Source: Minisyncoccota bacterium
GTDB lineage: Bacteria; Patescibacteriota; Minisyncoccia; Minisyncoccales; CG1-02-41-26
Length of the DNA: 64,000 nucleotides
Assembly (NCBI GenBank): GCA_028718785.1
Contig: JAQULB010000002.1
Coordinates: forward strand, 20,750-84,749
Reading direction: 5' to 3'
Made by a program: the position numbers and the translations under genes. Below are positions 16,181 to 25,695 of this stretch, piece after piece (positions within the stretch are counted from its first letter, which is position 1; each line of letters begins with the position of its first letter). The notes below the pieces were generated by a model that saw only the letters and a list, made by a program, of their open reading frames with translations, ran no database searches and was not told the origin of the DNA.

Positions 16181-17557
16181 ATGGATTTAATGCAAAATAT
16201 AACATCTTTATGCAAAAGGCGGGGTTTTGTTTTTGCTTCCTCGGAAATTTACGGAGGTTTTTCAGCTGTTTATGATATGGGACCATACGGGGTTGAATTG
16301 GCAAACAACATTAAAAATGCCTGGTGGAAAGCAATGGTGCAAGAAAGAGAAGATATAGTGGGGCTTGATTCGGCCATTTTTATGCATCCCAAAATTTGGG
16401 AGGCCTCTGGCCATGTTGGCGGGTTTTCTGACCCATTAACTGAATGTAAAAAATGCCATTCTCGTTTGAGAGTTGATCATTTGCTTGAAGATGTAAATAT
16501 TTTTGCTGATGAAAAAATGACTGAAAAAGAAATTAACGAACTTTTTGATACTCATAAAAGCAAGATAAAATGTCCCAACTGCGCCAAATCTGATTGGACA
16601 AAAGTTAAAAAGTTTAATTTATTAGTTAAGGCCAATTTAGGAAATTTTACTGAGGACTGGAATAAAGACCCAGTTTATCTGCGAGGAGAGACCTGTCAGG
16701 GAATTTATGTTAATTATTTAAATGTTTTAAATTCAAGCAGGGCGCAAATTCCTTTTGGCATTGCTCAAATCGGCAAGGCGTTTCGCAATGAAATAACCGC
16801 TCGTCAATTTATTTTTAGAACTCGCGAGTTTGAACAAATGGAAATGCAGTATTTTTGCTCGCCCGATCAAGAAATGCAAGAATATGAAAAATTAAGGCAA
16901 GCAAGATGGCAGTATTATTTGAATTTGGGCATTGCAGAAAAAAATTTAAAATGGCACAAACACGAAAATTTGGTTTTTTACGCCAAACAGGCCTACGATA
17001 TTGAATATAATTTTCCATTTGGGTTTAAAGAATTAGAGGGTATTCATGCCCGAAGCGATTATGACTTAACTCAGCATAGCAAGTTTTCTGGAGTGGCTTT
17101 GGATTACACTGACCTAAAAACCAAAGAAAAATACATTCCTCATATTATTGAGTCATCAGTGGGAGTGGGGCGGACAATGTTGGCTGTTTTAACAGAGGCC
17201 TATAAAGAAGAAAAAGCTGAGGGGGGTGAAACTCGGATTGTTTTGAAATTTCCCGCTAAATTAGCGCCCATTAAAGCTGCTATTTTTCCCTTATTGGCCA
17301 ACAAGCCAGAATTAGTGGAAAAAGCCAAAGCTATTTTTAATGAATTGAAAAAAGATTTTATGGTTGAGTTTGATGATTCAGGAAATATTGGCAAAAGATA
17401 CCGCAGGCAAGACGAAATTGGTACGCCCCTTTGCGTTACAATTGATTTTGACACTTTAACAGATGACACTGTAACTTTACGCGATAGAGACACAATGAAA
17501 CAAGAAAGAGTAAAAACAATTGATTTAAAAAATGTTTTGCAAGAAAAATTAAAATAA
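16181..17557 (+). CDS. glyQS: glycyl-tRNA synthetase (dimeric class II type)
   Basis: RRGFVFASSEIYGG, LRGETCQGIY, FRNEITARQFIFRTREFEQME and a C-terminal anticodon-binding domain. Confidence 0.9.
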   Translation: MDLMQNITSLCKRRGFVFASSEIYGGFSAVYDMGPYGVELANNIKNAWWKAMVQEREDIVGLDSAIFMHPKIWEASGHVGGFSDPLTECKKCHSRLRVDHLLEDVNIFADEKMTEKEINELFDTHKSKIKCPNCAKSDWTKVKKFNLLVKANLGNFTEDWNKDPVYLRGETCQGIYVNYLNVLNSSRAQIPFGIAQIGKAFRNEITARQFIFRTREFEQMEMQYFCSPDQEMQEYEKLRQARWQYYLNLGIAEKNLKWHKHENLVFYAKQAYDIEYNFPFGFKELEGIHARSDYDLTQHSKFSGVALDYTDLKTKEKYIPHIIESSVGVGRTMLAVLTEAYKEEKAEGGETRIVLKFPAKLAPIKAAIFPLLANKPELVEKAKAIFNELKKDFMVEFDDSGNIGKRYRRQDEIGTPLCVTIDFDTLTDDTVTLRDRDTMKQERVKTIDLKNVLQEKLK

Positions 17558-17560
17558 CAA

Positions 17561-18232
17561 ATGAAAAGAGAATTTAGTAAAAACGATTTTTTTACCCAAA
17601 AAGCCAAAGAACAGGGCTATCCAGCCCGTTCGGTTTATAAGCTTCAAGAAATAGATGAAAAATTTAATCTCTTGCAAAAGGGCTTTTTTGTTTTAGATTT
17701 GGGAGCGGCCCCTGGGTCTTGGCTTTTGTATATTGCCAATAAAGTTTCAATGACTGGGAAAGCGGTGGGGGTGGATATTTTAGATTTAAATACAGAATTA
17801 CCCAGCAACGCAATCTTTGTTAAAAAGAGTGTTTTAGACACCGATTTTTTAGAAAGCGGAGCCCTGGGGTCCGCCAATTTTAATGTGGTGGTTTCAGACA
17901 TGGCCCCAAACACAACCGGACTTCGCGAGGTTGATGTGGCTAATTGCTTGGAGCTAACCCAAAAGGCCTTGGAAATCGCCAAAGAGGTTTTAGTTGGGGG
18001 TGGCCTTGCCACGCCGAAGCCGAGCGAAGCCCGCCTTCGCCCTAGCGGGCTTCGGCGAGGCGAAGGCGGGGATTTTGTTTGTAAAATTTTTGAAGGTCCT
18101 GGCACTGACAATTTTGTGAAAGAAACAAAAAAATATTTTAAAATGGTAAAAAGATATCGTCCCAGAGCTGTTCGGCGTGGTAGCAAAGAATTTTACCTCA
18201 TCGCCAAAGGATTTAAGGGCAGTAAAATTTGA
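17561..18232 (+). CDS. rlmE: 23S rRNA U2552 2'-O-methyltransferase RlmE (FtsJ)
   Basis: GYPARSVYKLQEID, VLDLGAAPGSW, VVSDMAPNTTG, KIFEG. A GC-rich insert splits the GGxF motif. Confidence 0.85.
   Translation: MKREFSKNDFFTQKAKEQGYPARSVYKLQEIDEKFNLLQKGFFVLDLGAAPGSWLLYIANKVSMTGKAVGVDILDLNTELPSNAIFVKKSVLDTDFLESGALGSANFNVVVSDMAPNTTGLREVDVANCLELTQKALEIAKEVLVGGGLATPKPSEARLRPSGLRRGEGGDFVCKIFEGPGTDNFVKETKKYFKMVKRYRPRAVRRGSKEFYLIAKGFKGSKI
18001..18071. repeat. GC-rich structured insert in rlmE
   Basis: Two interleaved complementary pairs: cgccgaagcc (18012-18021) with ggcttcggcg (18048-18057), and cccgccttcgcc (18030-18041) with ggcgaaggcggg (18059-18070). Encodes LATPKPSEARLRPSGLRRGEG. Confidence 0.8.
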
Positions 18233-18268
18233 CTTTGACTTTTTGATAATCTATAATAACTTTTAAAT

Positions 18269-18481
18269 ATGGCAAATGGACAAACAGCAACAATTAGTTT
18301 AAGTGAGCAAAAATTAAAAACTCTTATAAAAGAAAGCGTGAGAGAGGGTATAAAAGCTGAAATTCTAAAATTAAGAGTGGCGTTTTTGTCTTATGTGGAC
18401 AACGCAGAGCAAAAAGAAATAGAAAAGAAATACGGAAAACCTTCTCGAAAAGTTGCTAAAACATACGAATGTGAGATATGA
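18269..18481 (+). CDS. putative antitoxin of RelE-type pair
   Basis: 70-aa ORF with ATGA overlap to the RelE-like ORF; no strong motif of its own. Confidence 0.5.
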   Translation: MANGQTATISLSEQKLKTLIKESVREGIKAEILKLRVAFLSYVDNAEQKEIEKKYGKPSRKVAKTYECEI

Positions 18482-18750
18482 CTTGGAAAATAAATCTTTC
18501 TAAAGAAGCGGATAGGTTTTTAGTAAAGAATAGGATGGGCAAAGAGGAAATTTTCGAAATAGTGGGCAATATAATTAAAAAGTTGCAGGGCGAGGATATA
18601 AATGTTGATGTTAAAAAACTAAAAGGCAAGTGGCTTGGATTTTATAGATGTAGGGTTGGAGGCGTGAGAATAATTTTTGAAATAAATTTTGACGAATTTT
18701 CAGTCTTTATTGAAGTAATTGATTTTAGGGGTAGAGTTTATAAAAAATAA
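18478..18750 (+). CDS. relE: RelE/ParE-family toxin
   Basis: KKLKGKWLGFYRCRVGGVRIIFEINFDEFSVFIEVIDFRGRVY is the RelE/StbE pattern. Confidence 0.7.
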   Translation: MTWKINLSKEADRFLVKNRMGKEEIFEIVGNIIKKLQGEDINVDVKKLKGKWLGFYRCRVGGVRIIFEINFDEFSVFIEVIDFRGRVYKK

Positions 18751-18961
18751 AATTTAAAAGTATAGAAAAGAAAACGGCGTTCTGCTGTTTTTTATTTTAT
18801 TCATTTTTACCCCCACACCAAATAAATTTATGGTGTGGGGGTGAACGACGACTGTTTCAGAATTAAATCATTTGTTTTATTATTATTTTTTGTTTATTTT
18901 TCAGCAATAGAAAAACTCATGTTGCTTTTTGTTGAAGCATTTTTTTGGTAAAGTGGAAAAT

Positions 18962-19630
18962 ATGAAAGAGATAATACAAATTCAAAGATTTTTATTAGCT
19001 TACCTTATTTTTCTTCCTGCTTTCTTTACCACCTTGTTTTTCGTTGTTAGAAAACGGTATAAAAATTATTCTGTTTTTACTTTCTGGATAAGCAATCTTG
19101 GTGTAAAAAAGTCGCATAGCCAACTTATTTTTAGTATTTGTTTTTTTATCTTTGGTTTTTTTAATGTGTTGTTTTGTTTGATATTATTTGAAACTTTACC
19201 AAAAACATTATTAACCTCGTCGATATTATTTTTTCTCTCCCTATCCACCATACTTATTATTCTTGTTCCATTTTTTCCGATGGACGAAAAAAGAAAAGTC
19301 CATGAAATGATTGCCATCTTTTTATTTATCTCTATCTTGACAGCTTGCTTGCTATTTGCTTATTTTAATTTAATTTCACAAATGTTCTCTGTCTATTTAA
19401 CAATTTTTAGTTTAGCTGTGGTTGTTTTTTCTTTCTTATTAAGCTACTCTTATTTGAAAATAAAAGCAAAATATGGTGGGTGGGCGATGAGCGATTTGGC
19501 ACTTGAAAGAAAAAAAGAAAAATCATTCATCATAAAGAATGCTACATTGTGGGAATGGCTTACTTTTTTTTCAGTAATTGTTTGGCTTTTTGTTTTAGTG
19601 ATAAACATTTTACTTGCTTACATTATTTAA
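18962..19630 (+). CDS. hypothetical polytopic membrane protein
   Basis: About 6 hydrophobic helices. Start placed at the first ATG (the track start is TTG at 18929). Confidence 0.5.
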   Translation: MKEIIQIQRFLLAYLIFLPAFFTTLFFVVRKRYKNYSVFTFWISNLGVKKSHSQLIFSICFFIFGFFNVLFCLILFETLPKTLLTSSILFFLSLSTILIILVPFFPMDEKRKVHEMIAIFLFISILTACLLFAYFNLISQMFSVYLTIFSLAVVVFSFLLSYSYLKIKAKYGGWAMSDLALERKKEKSFIIKNATLWEWLTFFSVIVWLFVLVINILLAYII

Positions 19631-19636
19631 GAAAAA

Positions 19637-20515
19637 ATGAAAAATAGCAACTTAAAACAAGAGATTGTTTGGCTGTTAAATGAAAAATATGGGGGAAAAT
19701 TGACAGATAAAGCGAAAAAGGATATAACTCGTTTGCGAGCAGGAGAACCGATTGATTATATTATTGGTCACAAAAATTTTTGTGGGTGTAAAATTGACTT
19801 ACGATACAAACCGCTTATCCCAAGAGACGAAACAGAATATTGGGTGCAAGGCAACTGCTTGCCTTGCACGGGCGTTTTAGGCGGAGCTCCTGCGGAGCCG
19901 TTAAAAAACGCCCCGGAAAATGCTAAAGATACCTCAATAGGCAAAAAGATACCCACTAGATTTTTAGACATTTTTGCGGGGTCTGGGTGTTGTGGGATTG
20001 CGGTTTTAAAAAATGTTGCAAACAGTCATTGTGATTTTGTGGATATTAATGATAACTGCTTAAAACAAATTCGGTTTAATTTAAAACTGAATGGAATTGA
20101 TAAAAAAAGATACCGCATTATAAAATCAAATATTTTTGAAAAGTTGAAGGGGAGGGCCTGCCCTGAGCGAGCGAAGCGAGTCGAAGGGTATGATGTCATT
20201 TTAGCTAATCCGCCATATATTGGGCTTGGCGAGAAAAGCAAAGTTCAAGAATCGGTTTTAAATTTTGAGCCAAGAATAGCTTTGTTTGCCAAAAATAACG
20301 GTTTGTATTTTATTGAAAAATTTTTAAAGCAAGCCAGAAGTTATTTGGCTCCAGAAGGTGTTATTTATATGGAATTTGGCTATAATCAAAAAATGGACAT
20401 TGAAAAATTGCTTAAAAAATTTAAATATCAAAATTTTGAATTTCACAAAGACCAGTTCGGAAAATGGAGATGGGTGATGGTCAAAAAACATGTTGGTGTT
20501 GACAAATTGAAATAA
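19637..20515 (+). CDS. prmC: release factor glutamine N5-methyltransferase PrmC (HemK)
   Basis: GEPIDYIIG, FAGSGC, ILANPPYI. Two GC-rich inserts. Confidence 0.8.
   Translation: MKNSNLKQEIVWLLNEKYGGKLTDKAKKDITRLRAGEPIDYIIGHKNFCGCKIDLRYKPLIPRDETEYWVQGNCLPCTGVLGGAPAEPLKNAPENAKDTSIGKKIPTRFLDIFAGSGCCGIAVLKNVANSHCDFVDINDNCLKQIRFNLKLNGIDKKRYRIIKSNIFEKLKGRACPERAKRVEGYDVILANPPYIGLGEKSKVQESVLNFEPRIALFAKNNGLYFIEKFLKQARSYLAPEGVIYMEFGYNQKMDIEKLLKKFKYQNFEFHKDQFGKWRWVMVKKHVGVDKLK
19844..19916. repeat. GC-rich double-hairpin insert in prmC
   Basis: gtgcaaggca/tgccttgcac and gggcgtttt/aaaacgccc stems. Encodes QGNCLPCTGVLGGAPAEPLKNAP. Confidence 0.75.
20156..20189. repeat. GC-rich element (ccctgagcgagcgaagcgagtcgaagggt) in-frame in prmC
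   Basis: 28/29 identical to intergenic 45801-45829. Encodes ACPERAKRVEG immediately before the NPPY motif region. Confidence 0.85.
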
Positions 20516-20649
20516 ATATTGCAATATGTTGGAGGTAGTGTTTTGTTCTTTTTTACAATTATAATTGAGAGGAGATGGTGAAAAAAAGATTAGAGAGGTT
20601 TTTTTATTTCTATTTTACTTTAGCGACCTAAGACGAAAGGAGATTTAAA

Positions 20650-21666
20650 ATGGCAAGACCAATTACGCTTTTTACAGGACAATTTGCGGATCTTCCGCTT
20701 GAAGAGCTTGCTGATAAAGCAAAAAGTTTCGGATATGACGGAGTTGAATTAGCATGTTGGGGCGATCATTTTGATGTAAACGCCGCTATGAAGGATGCCA
20801 GCTATTGCAAAGGTAAATGGGAACTTTTGAAGAAAAAAGGGCTTGGTGTTTGGGCAATAAGCAATCACCTTGTTGGGCAGGCAGTCTGCGATAATATTGA
20901 TAAAAGGCATGCTTCCATACTTTCCCCATCTATTTTTGGAGATGGCGACCCCGAAGGCGTCAGGAAACGTGCCGCTGAAGAGATGAAAACTACTGCCCGT
21001 GCCGCAAGGAAACTCGCTGACGTAGTCGGACACGAAATAGTTGTTTGCGGATTTACGGGATCAAGTATATGGCATCTGCTTTATTCGTTCCCGCCTGTTT
21101 CACCAGATATGATTGATGCTGGATACAAGGATTTCGCAGACAGATGGAATCCCATCCTTGACGTTTTTGATGCGGTTGGTGTAAAGTTTGCTCTGGAAGC
21201 GCAACCAACGGAGATCGCATTTGATGCGTATTCAGCGATGAGAGCAGTCGAAGCGCTTGGTTGGCGCAAGGCTTTCGGATTCAATTACAATCCAAGCCAT
21301 TTTGGCTATCAGGGCGTTGATTACGTTGAGTTTATCCATATGTTCGGAGATCGCATATATCACGTTCACATGAAGGATGTTGGCTGGTCATCAGTACCAA
21401 AGCTGGCAGGCGTTTTTGGTGGACATACGAATTTCGGTGACGTGAATCGTTACTGGGATTTCCGCTCACTCGGTAGAGGTAACATTAACTTTGAAGAAAT
21501 AATCCGTATGCTCAACAGAATCAATTATCAGGGACCGTTGAGTATTGAATGGGAAGATTCAGGCATGGATCGTTGGTTCGGTATCAAAAATGCCATAGAA
21601 TTCTTACGGCGTCTTTGTTTTCCACCGTCTTCAACAGCCTTTGACAGAGCCTTTGAGAGAAAGTAA
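20650..21666 (+). CDS. sugar phosphate isomerase/epimerase (xylose isomerase-like TIM barrel)
   Basis: [30 protein letters not shown] pattern of the AP-endonuclease-2/IolE-like family. RBS AAAGGAG. Visibly higher G+C and different codon bias from neighbours. Confidence 0.7.
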   Translation: MARPITLFTGQFADLPLEELADKAKSFGYDGVELACWGDHFDVNAAMKDASYCKGKWELLKKKGLGVWAISNHLVGQAVCDNIDKRHASILSPSIFGDGDPEGVRKRAAEEMKTTARAARKLADVVGHEIVVCGFTGSSIWHLLYSFPPVSPDMIDAGYKDFADRWNPILDVFDAVGVKFALEAQPTEIAFDAYSAMRAVEALGWRKAFGFNYNPSHFGYQGVDYVEFIHMFGDRIYHVHMKDVGWSSVPKLAGVFGGHTNFGDVNRYWDFRSLGRGNINFEEIIRMLNRINYQGPLSIEWEDSGMDRWFGIKNAIEFLRRLCFPPSSTAFDRAFERK

Positions 21667-21674
21667 TCGTTCAA

Positions 21675-21717
21675 GATAAGTAATGGATGAGCGGAGAATC
21701 CCCATCCATTACTTATC
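21675..21717 (+). terminator. 15-bp stem hairpin after the isomerase gene
   Basis: gataagtaatggatg...catccattacttatc; only a weak T-tract follows. Confidence 0.45.
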
Positions 21718-21830
21718 GCAATTTTATTAAAATTATAGGCCTAACAAAAGTTAGCGCTTTTATTTTTAAAATTTATTTGCTAACTTGCCGTATATCGGTT
21801 ATGCTGAAAAAATAAGCTTGTAAATATACT

Positions 21831-23099
21831 ATGGATTACAAAAAAATAGTTTTAGACAATGGTTTGCGGGTAATGTTGGTGCCAAATAAAAACACTCAGG
21901 CAGTGACGGTTTTGGTTGTGGTGGGGGCGGGGAGCAAATACGAGACAAAACAAAACAATGGCATTTCTCATTTTGTGGAGCATATGTTTTTTAAGGGAAC
22001 AAATAAACGGCCAAACACTTTGGCGATTTCTGAAACATTAGATAGGGTGGGCGGTTTTTACAACGCTTTTACCAGCAAAGAATATACTGGCTATTTTGCT
22101 AAAGTTGATTCAAAGCATAGCGATTTGGCTTTGGATTGGGTGAGCGATATATTTTTAAATTCAAAAATTGATAGCCATGAAATTGAAAAAGAACGGGGAG
22201 TTATTAGCGAGGAATTGAATATGTATTTAGATACCCCTGTTAGGCATATTAGAGATTTGTTTGAAACGCTTTTATATGGAGACCAGCCAGCTGGTTGGGA
22301 GATAGTGGGCACAAAAGAAAGCATAAAAAAAATTCAAAGAAAAGATTTTATTGATTATATTAAAAATCATTATTCTGCAAGCAACACTATCGTTTGTGTT
22401 TCGGGGAATTTTAGCCAAGAAAAAATGGCTCAAGATATAAAAAGGAAATTTAAAACAATAAATAAAGAACAACCCCAAACAAAAGAAAAAGTTATTGAAA
22501 AACAAAGTTGTCCCCAAGTTCATTTAAAGTTTAAAGAAACCGACCAAACCCATTTTTGTTTGGGCGTAAGGGCTTTTGATTTGTTTAGCCCCAAGGTTTA
22601 TATCCAAGAAGTTTTAGCCACTATATTGGGGGGCAATATGAGCTCTCGGTTGTTTATTAAAGTGCGAGAAAAAAACGGCTTGGCTTATTATATAAAAACC
22701 GAAGCAGAGGGTTTTACCGACTCTGGGTATTTGGTTACTCAAGCGGGGATTCCCCATTCTGCTTTGCCAAAAGCAGTGGAAATGATTTTAAAAGAATATA
22801 AAAATTTAGCTCAAAAAACCATTACAGAACAAGAGCTAAAAAAAGCTAAAGATTACTTAAAGGGGAATTTGGTTTTAAGCTTGGAAAGTTCAGACGCGTT
22901 GGCTTCTTTTTACGCTGGTCAAGAGTTGCTAACTAATCGTATTTTGACATTGCAAGAGGAGTGTGCCAAAATTGATAAAGTAAAAGCAAGCGAAGTTAAG
23001 GCCTTAGCCAAAGAAATTTTTCAAAAACAAAGCTTAAGTTTGGCGGTTATTGGGCCCCATAAAAATGAAGAGTCATTGAAAAAGCTAATGATTTTATGA
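21831..23099 (+). CDS. M16-family zinc peptidase (insulinase-like)
   Basis: HFVEHMFFKG (HxxEH) and the downstream E of the M16 active site; two-domain length. Confidence 0.8.
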   Translation: MDYKKIVLDNGLRVMLVPNKNTQAVTVLVVVGAGSKYETKQNNGISHFVEHMFFKGTNKRPNTLAISETLDRVGGFYNAFTSKEYTGYFAKVDSKHSDLALDWVSDIFLNSKIDSHEIEKERGVISEELNMYLDTPVRHIRDLFETLLYGDQPAGWEIVGTKESIKKIQRKDFIDYIKNHYSASNTIVCVSGNFSQEKMAQDIKRKFKTINKEQPQTKEKVIEKQSCPQVHLKFKETDQTHFCLGVRAFDLFSPKVYIQEVLATILGGNMSSRLFIKVREKNGLAYYIKTEAEGFTDSGYLVTQAGIPHSALPKAVEMILKEYKNLAQKTITEQELKKAKDYLKGNLVLSLESSDALASFYAGQELLTNRILTLQEECAKIDKVKASEVKALAKEIFQKQSLSLAVIGPHKNEESLKKLMIL

Positions 23100-24139
23100 A
23101 CGAAACAACCCACTATAAACTGCATATGGATTGGCAAACCGTGGCCAAGCTGGCCTTATTAGTTATTTGCCTTTATCTTATTTTTATTTTAAAAGATGTT
23201 ATTATCTGGTTTGTTTTTGCTTTGGTTATTTCCGTATTATTTAATTTTTTAATTGACGGACTTCAAAAAAGGAGAGTGCCTCGTATTGTTTCCACCACTG
23301 TTTTATATCTTGGATTTTTTGCTTTGTTGGGGTTTTTTATTTATAAAACAGCCCCAATTTTGCTTTATGAAATTCAAGAGTTTATAGCTAGTTTGCCTGC
23401 TTACTTAAAAAAGATATCGCCATTTTTTGAAAAGTTAGGCATTACTTCATTTAAAAATAGCAAATTATTTTTGGGCAACTTGCAAGATAGCTTAAATAGC
23501 GCTGGGGGGAGTTTTACCAATGCCATGGCGAGCATCTTTGGGGGAGCGGCCTCTACCGCCCTGGTTATTGCTATGGCTTTTTTTATTTCTTTGGAAAAAC
23601 AGTTTGTTGAAAAAATATTAAGCGCTTTTTCACCTCCCCAGTATAAAGAATACTTGTTTGGATTGTGGAGGCGGTCAAAAAAGAAAGTGAGTGGCTGGTT
23701 TGTTACCCGATTGATTGGAATTGTTTTTGTGGGTTTGGGAATGTATGTTGTTTTAATGATTTTAAATGTAAAATACGCTTTTATTTTAGCTGTTATCGCT
23801 GGGGTGTTGGACTTGTTGCCTTTTATTGGGCCATTGGTGGCTGGAGTGGCTTTGTTTGCGGTTGTTTCGTTGATTTCTTTCCCTCAAGCGTTATTTGTGG
23901 TTTTAGCTTTCTTTATTATTCAAGAAATTGAAAATCATATTTTATTTCCCATTATATTTAAAAAGCTTATTGGTTTGTCTCCGGTTTTGGTTTTGGTGGC
24001 TTTTGCTGTGGGAGGGGAATTGTGGGGAGCGTCTGGAGCTATTTTGGGAATTCCTTTAGCTGGGGTGGTGTATGAAATTATTAAGGATTATTTAATAAAG
24101 CGTCAAAGACACGAATTGCCAGAGCAAAGCAACGAATAA
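23096..24139 (+). CDS. AI-2E family transporter (PerM/UPF0118)
   Basis: About 8 TM helices, with the conserved LDLLPFIGP and IPLAG segments typical of the family. Confidence 0.7.
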   Translation: MNETTHYKLHMDWQTVAKLALLVICLYLIFILKDVIIWFVFALVISVLFNFLIDGLQKRRVPRIVSTTVLYLGFFALLGFFIYKTAPILLYEIQEFIASLPAYLKKISPFFEKLGITSFKNSKLFLGNLQDSLNSAGGSFTNAMASIFGGAASTALVIAMAFFISLEKQFVEKILSAFSPPQYKEYLFGLWRRSKKKVSGWFVTRLIGIVFVGLGMYVVLMILNVKYAFILAVIAGVLDLLPFIGPLVAGVALFAVVSLISFPQALFVVLAFFIIQEIENHILFPIIFKKLIGLSPVLVLVAFAVGGELWGASGAILGIPLAGVVYEIIKDYLIKRQRHELPEQSNE

Positions 24140-24160
24140 TAAAAAGTAAGAGATATTTTT

Positions 24161-24895
24161 ATGGCAAGTTTGTATGTGGTGGGAACGCCTATTGGAAATT
24201 TAAGCGATATTTCTCAGAGAGCGTTGGACACTCTAAAATTAGTTGATTATATTTTATGCGAAGACACGCGGGTGAGCCAAAAAATGCTCACTCGTTTTGG
24301 CATTAAAAAGCCAATGATTTCCTATCATCAACATTCAAAATTAGATAAGGTTGATTGTATTTTAAATTTATTGCGTGATGGAAAAAATTTAGCTTTAATT
24401 TCTGATGCTGGAACACCAGGAGTTTCTGACCCTGGTGGCCAGCTTGTTGAGGCAGTAATAAAAGAATTTGGGGATAGCGTGGGGGTGAAAATTGAGCCAA
24501 TTCCGGGGCCATCAGCTTTAACAGCCGTTGCAAGTGTTTGTGGATTTTCAATGGATAGATTTATTTTTTTGGGTTTCCCGCCAATCAAGAAAAAACGCCA
24601 GCAATTTTTTGAGGAAGTTGTAAATTCAAAATACCCAGTAATTTTTTATGAATCACCCTATAGAATTTTAAAAACCTTGAATGAAATATTGAAATATCGA
24701 GATGTTGAGATGTTTCTTGTGGTGGGCAGGGAATTAACAAAAAAGTTTGAAACAATATATCGGGGCTCGCTACAAGATGTTGCAAAAAAAATTGAAAGTG
24801 ATAAAGTGGGAGGCAGTATCAAGGGCGAGTTTGTTGTAGTAATCAAAAATTCAAAAGAAGGTGATAATATTGACACAGCAACAGCAAAATTTTAG
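24161..24895 (+). CDS. rsmI: 16S rRNA C1402 2'-O-methyltransferase RsmI
   Basis: LYVVGTPIGNLSDISQRAL, CEDTR, SDAGTPGVSDPG. Confidence 0.85.
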   Translation: MASLYVVGTPIGNLSDISQRALDTLKLVDYILCEDTRVSQKMLTRFGIKKPMISYHQHSKLDKVDCILNLLRDGKNLALISDAGTPGVSDPGGQLVEAVIKEFGDSVGVKIEPIPGPSALTAVASVCGFSMDRFIFLGFPPIKKKRQQFFEEVVNSKYPVIFYESPYRILKTLNEILKYRDVEMFLVVGRELTKKFETIYRGSLQDVAKKIESDKVGGSIKGEFVVVIKNSKEGDNIDTATAKF

Positions 24896-24896
24896 T

Positions 24897-25115
24897 ATGG
24901 GAACTGTTGTATCGGGAGAATTGAAAGTTATGATAGAAGGAATCGGTAGCTATGGAGCGATTTTCCAAGGCTCTTCGTTGAGATGTTTTGCTGGGAATGT
25001 TTATGTGGTATTGACTGGAAAGGTTTTGTTTGACAATGGAGATTTTTTCGAGCTTGTTTCCTTTGATCCTGATAAGAAAGAGTTAGTTGTCAAAATAAAA
25101 AATAAAACACAATAA
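24897..25115 (+). CDS. hypothetical small protein
   Basis: 72-aa ORF from an internal ATG just after the rsmI stop; the palindrome ggacttgctcgcgagcaagccc follows it. Confidence 0.35.
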   Translation: MGTVVSGELKVMIEGIGSYGAIFQGSSLRCFAGNVYVVLTGKVLFDNGDFFELVSFDPDKKELVVKIKNKTQ

Positions 25116-25215
25116 TATTTTAGGACTTGCTCGCGAGCAAGCCCTATTTTAATCAGATAAAAGGAGAGTTTGTGGTGGTGGTTAATAAATAAAGTTGGCT
25201 TGTAAAAATGGCAAA

Positions 25216-25266
25216 GCGGCAATCAGGTTCTTGCTAATGAAGCAAATGACTGATTGCCGCTTTTTA
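25216..25266. terminator. bidirectional intrinsic terminator
   Basis: gcggcaatcag...ctgattgccgc 11-bp stem with T-run; A-rich on the other side. Confidence 0.6.
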
Positions 25267-25269
25267 TTT

Positions 25270-25563
25270 TTAAAGCTTGGAGTAAGGACTTAATCCAAGC
25301 TTTGTTTTTCTTCTTATAGATTGAAAAAAGATTTTTTTTGCACGACTAATCTTTTTTCGAGCGTGGGTTGGTATTACATTTGACACAATAAGGACCACCC
25401 CCACAAAAAAGGGAACTGCCGACCAAAGCCACTCTAATCCAACCGGGCCGGTTGGGCGATGAGCAATAAACCCATCTGCCCTATATTGAGGAGCATAAGC
25501 GATTATTAAGAGAATTGCAGAGAAAAACAAAAGAGCAACCCCAATCCAAATTTTTTTGTTCAT
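25270..25563 (-). CDS. hypothetical membrane protein
   Basis: 97-aa ORF with two hydrophobic helices and a basic C-terminus. Confidence 0.45.
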   Translation of the reverse strand: MNKKIWIGVALLFFSAILLIIAYAPQYRADGFIAHRPTGPVGLEWLWSAVPFFVGVVLIVSNVIPTHARKKISRAKKIFFQSIRRKTKLGLSPYSKL

Positions 25564-25695
25564 TTCTTACTCCTTATTTCTTATTTTTAATACTTTAAAA
25601 TTTGGAGAAATATAAATATACCATAACACTTTATTTTATTATGTCAAGGTTAGAAATGTAAGAAAAATTGTGATAGAGTGGATTTAATAAAAAAA

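Noticed and set aside
17644-18186. 180-aa antisense ORF within rlmE (and similar long antisense ORFs 11948-12313, 15364-15759, 53753-54127, 54380-54784, 54842-55258)
   Set aside because: They fully overlap strongly supported conserved genes on the other strand, have low-complexity composition, and lack RBS or motifs. They are typical shadow ORFs.
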